Source of the DNA: Octopus vulgaris
Taxonomy: Eukaryota
Direction of reading: 5' to 3'
DNA: 64,000 nt
Assembly: GCA_951406725.2 (NCBI GenBank)
Contig: OX597816.1
Coordinates: forward strand, 165,912,001-165,976,000
This document shows, one piece after another, positions 1 through 11,984 of the stretch. A program made the position numbers and the translations under genes. The notes below the pieces were generated by a model, which was not told the origin of the DNA, did no database searches, and saw only the letters and a list, made by a program, of their open reading frames with translations. Position 1 is the first letter of the stretch. Each line of letters begins with the position of its first letter.

Positions 1-162
1 TTCATAAGAACTATATACGAAAACACCTCTATGTAACCCAGAATCAAATGAATTTTCTATATGGCTGGAACAGTAGTGGCTGTGTGCAAAGACATTTGCT
101 TCCTGATTACATGGTTCTGGGTTCAGTCCCACTGCATGGCACTTTAAGCAAGTCTTCTCCTA

Positions 163-367
163 CAGGATGTCCCAAAAGTCACAAAGGGGTCTAAAATTTA
201 AATAAATTTGTTATAATTACATTTTTTAATTTGTAGTATAGATGTGATTTTTAACACCTAACGTATATGTATTTCCATTATACAAACTGTATATGGTACT
301 AAAGTACTGTAAATTTGAAATGAAGCATAAATGAATTACCAATATTTGTGACTTTTGAGACACCCTG
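163..367. mobile_element. Tc1/mariner-type MITE inside a SINE-A
   Basis: TIRs CAGGATGTCCCAAAAGTCACAAA / TTTGTGACTTTTGAGACACCCTG, with TA on both sides. Confidence 0.85.
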
Positions 368-1448
368 TATAACTACGGGCCACCACTGTCACATCACAAC
401 CGATGTTGGTGTGTTTACGTCCCCGTAACTTAGCGATTCGGCAAAAGAGATCGATAGAATAAGTACTAGGCTTTCAAAGAATACGTCCTGCGGTGGGGGG
501 GGGGGTCGATTTATTCGACTAAAGACAGTGCTCCAGCATGGCCGCAATCAAAAGACTGAAACAAATAAAAGAAAAATAGAGTAACTGTCCATTCCCGGGC
601 TAACTAAACAGAACCTATACTTGACGTGTAGGCATTTACACTTCTTTTAACGCCATCACCTGGATTGTTAAGTGTGGTGAAGCAACCTCCCATCTATCGG
701 GTCCCCAGTTTGCGGATAGGGAAATGATCAGAGATCTGGCTGAGGAAGCAATGACCAAAATTTTCTGTCACAGATATTTGAAAAAAATTTTTATTTCTTT
801 ATTGCGCACAGAGGGGACAAACAAAAGGATTAAATCGATTGCATCGACCCCAGTGCGTAACTGGTACTTATTTTATCGACCTCGAAAGGATGAAAGATGT
901 TTGAATAAAATCGATATTTTCATATTATACAGCTACTTTTAAGATTTAAAAAATCACACATTATATTATGGGTGTTCTGTAATTTGAACAAGTATAAAAT
1001 GTTAGTTGAATAAATGCAGAAAACTATGCGTGTTATCTTTCCAGCGTTTTTCTGATGGAGACAGAACGTCAACTTGCTTCCTTTTTCCTATGTAAGTGTT
1101 ACATAACAATGTAAGATTATATCACAGGTATTACGAATTGACAGAAATTTAATCTAAGCGAGCATCTAAAACTATTCGTTATCAGCTCTTACAAGAAAAA
1201 AACATTGTCTTTGTGGCATTTTTATCGGAATTTTTTTTAAATATTACACTAAAAAGGATGCAACTACTTGTTGTTTCATGCTAATTCCGACAGTAACAGT
1301 CTGAAACCTATGATGTCATGTAGTTTATATTAATTTTACAGAACATTAGAAGAACGATCTTATGAAAATAAGTAATATAGTTTCAATTTTGTTTCTATAA
1401 TTTTTAAGGGAGGCATTGCTTCCCTTGTTTCCATGGACCGCACGCCCA

Positions 1449-1515
<67 letters not shown>

Positions 1516-1695
1516 CTCTTTTATACTTATATTATATTATATTATATTATATTATATTATAATATAGAGATAAAATTATATTATATTAAATTAGGTAAAT
1601 CATACAATGAAAAATTTAAGCCAATACATAAGATTAATTAATTTATATTATTTTAAATATATATCTTTTTTTTTATTTTAAATATTATTTTATTT

Positions 1696-1727
<32 letters not shown>

Positions 1728-1729
1728 TG

Positions 1730-2020
1730 ATAAAAATTGTAAGACAACAAAAGAATAAAAGAGACCGCGATATTATGTAAAAAGAGGAATTTATCTGTAA
1801 ATGTAATATGTGACAATTACTAGGTAACCATGATAAAACTCCGAGTTTGGGATGCCGAGGTGGAAATCCACGCCGCCGCCATCTCTTCAGTTATCCGGCC
1901 ATAGCATTTTTTCCGATGGCCGAATAACTGAAGAGATGGCGGCGTGGATTTCCACCCCGACATCCGAAACTCGGAGTTTTATCATGGCTATCGAATAATT
2001 GTCACATATTACATTTACAT
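1730..2020. mobile_element. Short inverted PLE-type pseudo-LTR pair with hammerhead (1924-1982, +)
   Basis: Arms at ~1795-1900 and 1916-2018. Motif AUAA-CUGAAGA-GAUG...CAUC-C-GAAA-CUCGGAGU-U-UUAU. The left copy has GAAA mutated. Bounded by TA tracts. Confidence 0.75.
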
Positions 2021-2034
2021 ATATATATATATCA

Positions 2035-2250
2035 ACATGTGATCTCTTGAGCACCACCAGCAAAAATATTTTTTCCTCTGTCTTCCCTTCTTGGGATCTT
2101 TCCTTCTCCTTGTTTCCGACGAAGAGCTCCGCTCGAAACGTTAAACCCTCCTTCCCTTCTTTCCTGAGCGTCAATAATACTTTAATTGTTCCACGTCCTC
2201 GCGTTGCTGTGTTTTTTTCTCTTTTTATTTCTGTGTTTTCTTGTTTGGAT

Positions 2251-2256
<6 letters not shown>
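2035..2256 (+). mobile_element. ~220-bp non-coding hammerhead-bearing unit, family D (motif 2112-2146)
   Basis: GUUU-CCGACGA-A-GAGC-UCC-GCUC-GAAA-CGU-U-AAAC. Homologous to the units at 34453, 47523 and 47775. TA-flanked. Confidence 0.7.
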
Positions 2257-2284
<28 letters not shown>

Positions 2285-2297
<13 letters not shown>

Positions 2298-2649
2298 GGC
2301 AGTTTGTCTGTGCGTGTTTCTGTGTGTCTGTTTGCTTGTACCCTCACCCTGACCACGGCTTTCAACCGATTCTGATGAAACTTACACATAGCCCAATGTC
2401 ATAATTCAAAACTAACGCAGCGAAAATTTTGAAAAGTTCCCCCAGTTCTGAAAAAATCGATAAATTCGACATGGGGTCGAGAATCAGAACACAAACCACA
2501 AACTGTGTAGGGGACGCAACTCCACCTTTTTTAACTATCAAAAAAAAATTACCATCATTTTTTTCCATTTTTTTGCTATTTTTTGGCTATAACTCTCTAA
2601 AAATGCTTTATAGTTATTTCTACAAACCTGAGCAACGCCGGGCGATATG

Positions 2650-2652
<3 letters not shown>
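2285..2652 (+). mobile_element. Non-autonomous chimeric Helitron in a (TA)n tract
   Basis: 2290-2522 matches the 5' end of the full-length Helitron (reverse complement of 30812-31055). 2540-2652 matches the 3' module of 19305-19702, including the hairpin. Confidence 0.88.
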
Positions 2653-2700
<48 letters not shown>

Positions 2701-3425
2701 TTAGCCGCGAATACTCAGTTAGCAGTGCCGGATAAAATCATGAGTTGCCCTTTGGCACGATATAACACGCTATTGCCGGTGAAGTCCTGAAGCTCTGAAA
2801 TGAGCGAGAATGCCACTATTGTTTGAAAGAAGAATGGTTAGAGAGAATGAAATGCAAAGCATAAAAAATACTTTTGTCTCTGGATTTCCACTTTACACAA
2901 ATTACACTTTTATGAATCTTGGTCTAGAATATCCATCAGTTTCACTGGCACTGCAATCGTGTACAGGACATGCTACCATTATATGCCTTATGGTCATATT
3001 TCGACTATTTTTAATCATAGTCTTATTCGAGTTGGGTCGCCTCGACCCTAAAGATAAAATCGAACGAAACTGAGAATTGTTTTCTTGTTCACAAAATTTC
3101 TGATATTTCTTTATTTATCTTGAAAGTCCAATACAAAGAAGCAAATAGCAAATGTCGACATTTTCTGTTTGACATTTCAAATAACAGTAATAATTGATGT
3201 GTGATGGACAGACTTTTTCTTCTGTTTAGTTTAAAGAGGAAAAAACAATATGGAGTTTTTGAGAGATTCATGCTCTCCCAAGTGCATTAGCAACGTAATA
3301 GAAGTGAAATGGTTCCAAGAGAGAATCGAAGGTCAGATTGTGCGCTCACTTCACCGACAACGTATCAGTCTTTCATATTACATTACAAAGGTAATCTAGA
3401 GAACAATATCGTTGATGTTGTTGTC

Positions 3426-3487
<62 letters not shown>

Positions 3488-3708
3488 CATTATTATTTTG
3501 CTTCCTTTTTTTTTCTTCTTTCAAATTTGCTTCCATTTCTTGCCGAGTGTCTTCCCGACTCCTAGGGCAAAGAAACTCATAGTATACATTGGTAGGCTAT
3601 TAAACTAAACTCACTAGTTCGTTCATTTTTTTTAAAGTTAAATTAAAATACATGGGTAGTAATAGTTCTTTTTTAAGTTAAATTAAAATACATGGGTAGT
3701 AATAGTTC

Positions 3709-3762
<54 letters not shown>

Positions 3763-4246
3763 GTTTAAACCCACGAACTGGCAAAATCGTTAGCACGCCG
3801 GGTGAAAGGCTTAGCGGGTTTTCCGCCCGTCGCTACGTTCTGGGTTCAAATTCCGCCGAGGTCGACTTTGTCTTTCATCCTTTCGGGATCGATAAATTAA
3901 GTACCAGTAAAACACCGCGGTACATGTAATCGACTTAATCCCCACCCCACAAGCTACCCTCTTGGCAAAAATTTGAAATCATCATTATTATTATTTCTTC
4001 GTATAACAGTGTAGGTAAAAATGCACCGGAGCGTTTAGTCATCTGTCAAGTCACAACAAGGACCTCAGACAGATAATACTTTCCCTAAGATGTGCGCTGT
4101 TACCAATAAGTCTGCTTTTTGCAAGACATCAATCTTGCATGGGATTTCCAGTTGCCTTAAGAAGTTTCTACTATAGCCTCGGGCCGACCAGAGCCCTGTG
4201 AGTGGATTTGGTAGAGGGAAACTGAGAGAAGCCCGCCGTATATATG

Positions 4247-4313
<67 letters not shown>

Positions 4314-4319
<6 letters not shown>

Positions 4320-4676
4320 AATTAAGGACTGAACATGAAAAGTGGACAGTCAGCATACTTGATATAGACGTCAAATCGCCATTCTCCACAAAAGATTATG
4401 TTCTCAAATCAAACTCATCACAAACCCAAGCAATAAACATTGTATTTCGTATATTTTCACTTGTTTATTGCTTGGGTTTGTGATGAGTTTGATTTGAGAA
4501 CATAATCTTTTGCGGAGAATGGAGATTTGACGTCTATATCTAGTATGCTGACTGTCCACTTTTCGTGTTCAGTCCTTAATTGGTATATATAAATATTTAA
4601 TCTTCGGATTCTTTTTTTAATATGCTAGACCACTGGTTTTAATTGATAAATATTGATTTCTACCCTTAATTAATTT

Positions 4677-4678
<2 letters not shown>
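4314..4678. mobile_element. Inverted-repeat insertion in a SINE (TA)n, no hammerhead
   Basis: ~125-bp arms (4314-4439 and 4462-4588) plus a one-sided ~90-bp tail. The architecture matches the PLE palindromes. Confidence 0.7.
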
Positions 4679-4729
<51 letters not shown>

Positions 4730-5343
4730 CTATATATATATATGTGTGTATGTATATATGTATATGTATGTATATATATGTATGTGTGTGTATACGTTTG
4801 TGTGTCTGTGTTTGTCTCCGCTTGATAGCTTATGCTGGTGTGTTTACGTCCCCGAAACTTAATGGTTCGGCAAAAGAGACCGATAGAATAAGTACTAAGT
4901 TTACAAAGAATAAGACCTGGCGTTGATTTGCTCGACTAAAGGTGGCATGGCCGTAGTCAAATGACTGAAACGAATAAAAGAATATATATATACACAGAAG
5001 GATAAGCATATTAAAAGGGGTCCGTGGGAAAACTTTAAATAAAAGTGTAGAGAACCACTGTGAATAGGTTGGGAACCACTGGACTAAATCCTTCAAGGTA
5101 ATACCCCAGTATGGTCATTGTGGCCATGCTGGGGTAATACCACAGCATAGCCACAGTGCATTTACAGAAACGAGTTATAAATTAGATAAAATATAAAAAG
5201 CGTAGGAGTGGCTGTGTGGTAAGTAGCTTGCTTACGAACCACATTGTTCAGCGTTCAGTCTCAATGCGTGACACCATGGGCAAGTGTCTTCTACTATAGC
5301 CTCGTGAGTGGATTTGGTAGACGGAAACTGAAAGAAGCCTGTC

Positions 5344-5384
<41 letters not shown>

Positions 5385-5516
5385 GTTATATTAAATTAGA
5401 GATAAAACCACTATTAGGCAAATCATACAATGAAAAACTTAAGCCAATACATAAGATTAATTAATTTATATTATTTAAATATATATCAAAATTATTAAAA
5501 AAGATAATTAATATAA

Positions 5517-5580
5517 CACTACGATCGTTTCATGGCTGTTCAATTCTTAAAATTTTCGAGTTACAGTCATTCTTCAGGTG
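5517..5580 (-). ncRNA. Type I hammerhead ribozyme motif (mirror copy)
   Basis: Reverse complement of 6274-6337. Confidence 0.85.
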
Positions 5581-6273
5581 GTTTACATATCTAAAATATA
5601 ATCAATATTTTTAAGATATAAATAATATATATAATACAATAATTTTACTTATAATAAACTCTATTATCAAATATGATTATATCCAAATCGACTATAATGT
5701 TAAATATTAATTTTAATTTATAAGGTAGGAAACCCATAATCTAATATCAATATTAGTCTATATCTAATTACATAAATATTTAAAATGACTAATATATAAA
5801 ATTATCAATGAAAATATATATATAAATATTATAATCAAGATCTAAAATAATCTCTATAAATAATTGTATATAATAAAAACCTAATAAATTTAATTTTCCA
5901 TACTTAAAGATGAAATAGCTAATTTCAAAATACAAATAAACTAACTTAAATATGGAAAATTAAATTTATTCGGTTTTTATTATATACAATTATTTATAGA
6001 GATTATTTTAGATCTTGATTATAATATTTATATATATATTTTCATTGATAATTTATATATATTAGTCATTTTAAATATTTATGTAATTAGATATAGACTA
6101 ATATTGATATTAGATTATGGGTTTCCTACCTTATAAATTAAAATTAATATTTAACATTATAGTCGATTTGGATATAATCATATTTGATAATAGAGTTTAT
6201 TATAAGTAAAATTATTATATTATATATATTATTTATATCTTAAAAATATTGATTATATTTTAGATATGTAAAC

Positions 6274-6337
6274 CACCTGAAGAATGACTGTAACTCGAAA
6301 ATTTTAAGAATTGAACAGCCATGAAACGATCGTAGTG
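6274..6337 (+). ncRNA. Type I hammerhead ribozyme motif (canonical core)
   Basis: CAC-CUGAAGA-AUGACUG...CAGCCAU-GAAA-CGAUCG-UA-GUG. Predicted cleavage is after 6334. Confidence 0.85.
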
Positions 6338-6547
6338 TTATATTAATTATCTTTTTTAATAATTTTGATATATATTTAAATAATATAAATTAATTAATCT
6401 TATGTATTGGCTTAAGTTTTTCATTGTATGATTTGCCTAATAGTGGGTTTATCTCTAATTTAATATAATATAATATTTTACTATAAAATTGGACTCAATC
6501 CTAAATCTGATTTTTCCCTGTAAGTTTGGATTTATTCCCTAATATTT

Positions 6548-6597
<50 letters not shown>

Positions 6598-6642
6598 GTA
6601 AGTATGTATGTATGTATGTATGTATGTATGTATGTATGTATG

Positions 6643-6692
<50 letters not shown>

Positions 6693-7963
6693 CGTTTGTG
6701 TGTCTGTGTTTGTCCCCCCAACAACGCTTGAAAACCTATGCTGGTGTGTTTACGTCTCCGTAACTTAATGGTTCGGCAAAAGATACCGATAGAATAAGTA
6801 CTAGGCTTGCAACTAATAAGTCCTGGGGTCGATCTGCTCGACTAAAATCGGTGCTCCAGCATGACCACAGTCAAATGACTGAAACAAGTAAAAGAGTAAA
6901 GAGTAAAAAGAGTAATGAGTACAGGTATTTGGTTTTCGAGTGAATAACGTCTTTCTTTCTGTATATTCTGTGTTTCGATTCCCAGACCGGGCGTTGTGAG
7001 TGTTTATTGAGCGAAAACACCTAAAGCTCCACGAGGCTCCGGCAGGGATGGTGGTGATCCCTGCTGTACTCTTTCATCACAACTTTCTCTCACTCTTACT
7101 TCCTGTTTCTGTTGTACCTGTATTTCAAAGGGCCGGCCTTGTCACTCTCTGTGTCACGCTGAATATCCCCGAGAACTACGTTAAGGGTACACGTGTCTGT
7201 GGAGTGCTCAGTCACTTACACGTTAATTTCACGAGCATGCTGTTCCGTTGATTCGGATCAACCGTAACCCTCGTCGTCGTAACCGACGGAGTGCTTCCAT
7301 CCATATTCTGTGTTACTTATAAAATACTAAGCTGCAAAGTTACATTCATAAAAAAAAAAACTGTTTTGTGAGGACAGAAAAAAAATGTCATTGAATCAAT
7401 CTTCTCCAGTTCTAAATAGAATTCTATTTATCACGTGTACTATTTCACATGCTGCGTGGTAGAGTATATAACAATAAAGTAGTAACGTCAATATGACGGT
7501 AAAAGAATGAAATTAACATAAAAATAGTGGAGATCATCATGAACGAGAAAAACCTTTTTGTTTAGCCCTAGGACTCGTAAGTCGATTATCCAGTCTCTAT
7601 AGCGTATAAGTGACCGAGCTCATTCTCATTACCACGCCGTTCCGTTGCAGGGTTCAAGGCCAGCGGTTTTGAGTGGAGGTGGCAAGTCGATTACATCGAG
7701 GCCGGTGTGAACTGGTTCTCCAGTAAAGGAAACGTTGACGTCAGCGGAATTTGAACCGAGGCCACAGAGCACCGGAAGGATTTGCCGCTAAGCGTTTAGT
7801 CCTATGTGCTAATGATTCTGCTAGCTCACTGCCACCTTCGTAAATAAGATCGAAAGACTATAGAAAAGTGAACTTTGTATCCATTCATTGTAAAATCTGT
7901 ATACATATATATATATATGTATGTCTGTGAGTGTGTTTGTGCATGTGTGTATATGTGTGTATG

Positions 7964-8029
<66 letters not shown>

Positions 8030-8118
8030 TGTAAGTATATATATATATATATATATGTAGAAATATCATTATTTCTAATTCTCTCTGAAGGAGACTATGT
8101 CAGCGGTACTGGATATTA

Positions 8119-8268
8119 ATAGTTAACGCCAAGCTAACATGGCAGTCCAGAAAAATAGGACGAATGATGCCGTTGATTAGCTCCAAGAGGCCTCTTGGAG
8201 CTAATAAACGGCAGCACTTGTCTTCGTCCTATTTTTCTGGACTGCCATGTTAGCTTGGCGATAACTAT
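8119..8268. mobile_element. 150-bp palindromic MITE
   Basis: Near-perfect hairpin centred on AGAGGCCTCT, with terminal motif GCCAAGCTAACATGGCAGTCC. A half copy lies at 48028-48066. Confidence 0.8.
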
Positions 8269-8296
8269 AACATACATACATACATACATACATACA

Positions 8297-8383
<87 letters not shown>

Positions 8384-8845
8384 CACCCACATACATATAT
8401 ACCATATTTGATGGCCTATAAGACGCACCTTTTTTTTTATCCAAAAATGGCTTTAAAAATCCCACTCAAAACTCGCTCAAAAAGGTATTACGTTTACAAA
8501 ACATGTGCCACCATCTATTGGTGAACAATCGCCTACGGTATGTTTATATCGAATGTGGATGCAATAAATTGCTTATAAGCTTATAATTACCGGTAATAAC
8601 ATAAAGTTGTACAGGTAAGTTGAGGATTTAAAATATTATTTTAGTGGTAATTTATGCATCCTATGCATTCCTGCGTCTTATGCGCCATCAAATACGGTAT
8701 TTGTAACACATGGTATAATTATAAAGAGGGAGAATTTTAGCCATTTCTGCGCAGATTGAAAAAATGATGAACAACCTTAATCGATTTTCGAACCATATTG
8801 GGTTCTCATTAGAGGCGTCTACATCATTTTGACAATCTCCAGAGA

Positions 8846-8936
<91 letters not shown>

Positions 8937-9392
8937 CATAGTAAAGCTTACATACGACGATGTTACAGGTATTTAGCCCCAGGAAAACATCTTTTCCACT
9001 GTAAGCAAGGGATCCAATGTTCTCTCTCCAGCATTAGCAACACCTCCAGACCAATTGCTTCTGGGTAATTTCCCTTCTTCGGCACAGGACAATCGCTGGC
9101 TAGAGGTGGCTAGAGGTGTCACCTTAAAAGTATATACAGTGAACGAGGTTGAGTAGCTACTATCTCCAGCCAACGATTGTTCTGTACTGAGGAAGTGAAA
9201 TTACCCAGAAACCATTGGCGTGCAGGTGTTGCTAAGGCTGGAGGGTGAGCATTAGATCTCTTGCTCACAGTATACGGATACAGATGATCTGTCGGTGTTC
9301 AGCTGGAAAAGGTGTTTTTTCTGGGGTTAAACAGTAGTAATATCATCCTAAGCAGGACTGCCACTCTACGTTGGCAAACAGGCTTTACTATG
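8937..9392. mobile_element. Diverged foldback MITE related to 22526-22905
   Basis: Imperfect inverted arms sharing TTTAGCCCCAGGA and GGACTGCCA...GTTGGCAAA. Confidence 0.65.
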
Positions 9393-9899
9393 CATTAGTA
9401 TTACTATATATCTCTCGCTAAGAGATTTAAAACTAATTGTTTCTCTCTTCATATATATATATATCACGGTCTAACACACACACACACACGCACATATACA
9501 TGTGTGTTTGTGTGCGTGCGTATATGTATGTGTGTGTGTGTTTGTGTGTTTTATATAATGGTATTTAAACGTAGCGTATGCAAGTTACCTGCATATTTCA
9601 GAAAAATATTCTCGTTTCAAAAAAATATGTTCTCATTCGCCTTTTGTAGCCTATAAATACAATAAAAATATAGCACTTCTAGCACCTCTAATCTAATCAT
9701 TTAATTAACTAGCACCTCTAATCATTGGTATTTCTTAACACTCTACTCTGAAAAACAGCTGCAACAGAGGAGAAAACCTGTTCATTGTGCAACAGCATGA
9801 ATTAAATTAACTCCATCGCAAACTATAACAGAAATGTTATGATTTTTACCGAAAGTGAACTTGTAAGAATTCTCATTTGTTGTAAGCAGGGGAAAGACC

Positions 9900-10850
9900 A
9901 AACACAACTTGATTGCTTGGCCAAAGTGGAAGGTGTCTGTCTTCAGCCCTTTCGGTCTGGTCCACTATACAGCCATTTTCGCTAAGACAACCAGGCAGAT
10001 AAATACTGATTGTCCTTGCCAGCGAAAAGAAGGTAGCTTGACGATCTTCACTGTGGACTCAGCTGTTAGCCGGGTCCGTTCTACACACGACAGCATGTGG
10101 TCAACATAGCTCCATATGTCAGCAATACAGGACGTGTCCGTCTAGAACTTTTTCGTCGCTCAACGCAGATCACAAGCGGGTCCGGCTGACAGCACTTCCC
10201 TGTGTGTAGATTTTATCTCGAACTGGCAATGCTCCTCTGTAACTATTCCAGGCGGGAAACTTCTGAGAGTTATCCATAGACCCCGGTTCGAAAGTCCGCC
10301 GGAAAAGACTAGGCAGTTGACTCCCGTCCATGCCTAAAACTTCCCTGGGAACGTCGACGCTCTTGCCTGCCACTAACCCTCTGTAAAGCGCCGAAGTGGA
10401 AGTTTCATCGACTGACAGAGTGCTGTGAATACCTGACGACACTCTAGAGGTCAGGAGCCCCGCATCGATCTACACTTGATCCAGGACTGCAGCTCAGTCA
10501 AAGAAACGAGATGCGGGAAAAGGAATCTGACAAATGGTGACCACACCTGCTCATCGTCAAAGAAATGCTGGAGATATCGCATCTTTATCCACGGTATGCT
10601 CAATCCTCCAACCAGAGGTTATTGACAACAAATGGTGTGACTGCCCAGTGGACCACGGCCCTTCGGTAGGGAGTGGGAAATCAGGCGCTCCAGTCCAGTA
10701 ATACACGAACGGGGCCAAGGTAGTACCGTGAAGCAGTAATATACGACGGAGGCGATGAATGCGTTTGCAGCCTCTGCCCGATTTTTTAGGGATAGTTTTC
10801 TTTCGGCCCATTTCTAGGTGAGATTGGCCACCCTGCTCGTCACCTCGTCT
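9900..10850 (-). pseudogene. L1/Tx1-like LINE ORF2 3' fragment (zf-RVT region)
   Basis: GC-rich segment whose translation includes AWNSYRGALPVRDKIY..GSAVSRT, resembling the zf-RVT W...R..LP motif. Disrupted. Confidence 0.7.
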
Positions 10851-11756
10851 CAACCCTTTCTAATTTAGACACAAAATCAAAACTTACAGGAGAAGACTTT
10901 AGTCAATTCCGTCGACTTCAGTAGATTACTGGTATTCTGTTTGATCGACACCGCAGATATTAAAGGTAAACTTGATTTTAACGAGATTTGCATTCAGAAC
11001 CTAAAAAGTAGGATTTCTCTACAGTTTTCTTCAAACCAATTCAGTTCTGAAGCTTTAGTTATTGGGTGGAAAAATTCACTGATCAAGGGTGCCACGTTTG
11101 AGGATCAAAATCAAATTCAAGCAATTGCGAAGCAAATTTCTTAATGACGCAGCTGTGACCTGCATCTTTGTTAGAAATTACGTTATATTTATGACAAAAA
11201 TCTCGCAGGTTACCCGGAAAATAAAATATAACCTGATCAGAAAACTAACAAACCACCAAGGATTTATGGCATTTACGCAGTTATCCTCAAATCGAATGGA
11301 ACTAACGTAAATTCCATTTCCAAAACTTCCTAAAGAAATCCTTGGATCAATAGAATGCCGCCATTAAACTAGCAGAAGAGAATGATAACATCAATTTTTC
11401 ACAAAACTTTCAACAAATATCTATCATTCCGTCAGCTTGGAGTTCACCATTTTATGTTGTATCCTTTTGATGTGGAACTCTGCTAACAGCTGCAGTTGCC
11501 ATTATTTCGCTATCCTCTAAAACAGCCAATAATTGCAAGTATTGGAAATTGGGTCGCAACTGATATCAGCAATAATATTAATATCTTTTTAATGCTGTTG
11601 GTGGGTTTGTTTTAGTTATATGCTCAGTTAGATAGGCTTCAAAGGGGTTAGAATCAATGCATCTACATAGAAGCCTTACTGAGGTATACATATATCATGC
11701 ATATATACATACATAGATACATACATACATGTATTTTATACAAACATACATACCTA

Positions 11757-11816
<60 letters not shown>

Positions 11817-11862
11817 TGTATGTATGTATGTATATACATAAATATATATATATACACACACA

Positions 11863-11924
<62 letters not shown>

Positions 11925-11944
11925 AATATATATATACACACACA

Positions 11945-11982
<38 letters not shown>

Positions 11983-11984
11983 GA

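Larger units (their letters stand above)
5380..6550. mobile_element. AT-rich giant palindrome (inverted PLE-type pseudo-LTRs) inserted in a SINE's (TA)n
   Basis: ~525-bp arms (5380-5907 and 5945-6476) plus a one-sided tail to ~6550. Each arm has a hammerhead. A related fragment lies at ~1530-1690. Confidence 0.85.

Noticed and set aside
3309-3390. Possible host exon MVPRENRR... ending at AAG|GTAATC
   Set aside because: No recognisable homology and no supportable partner exons.
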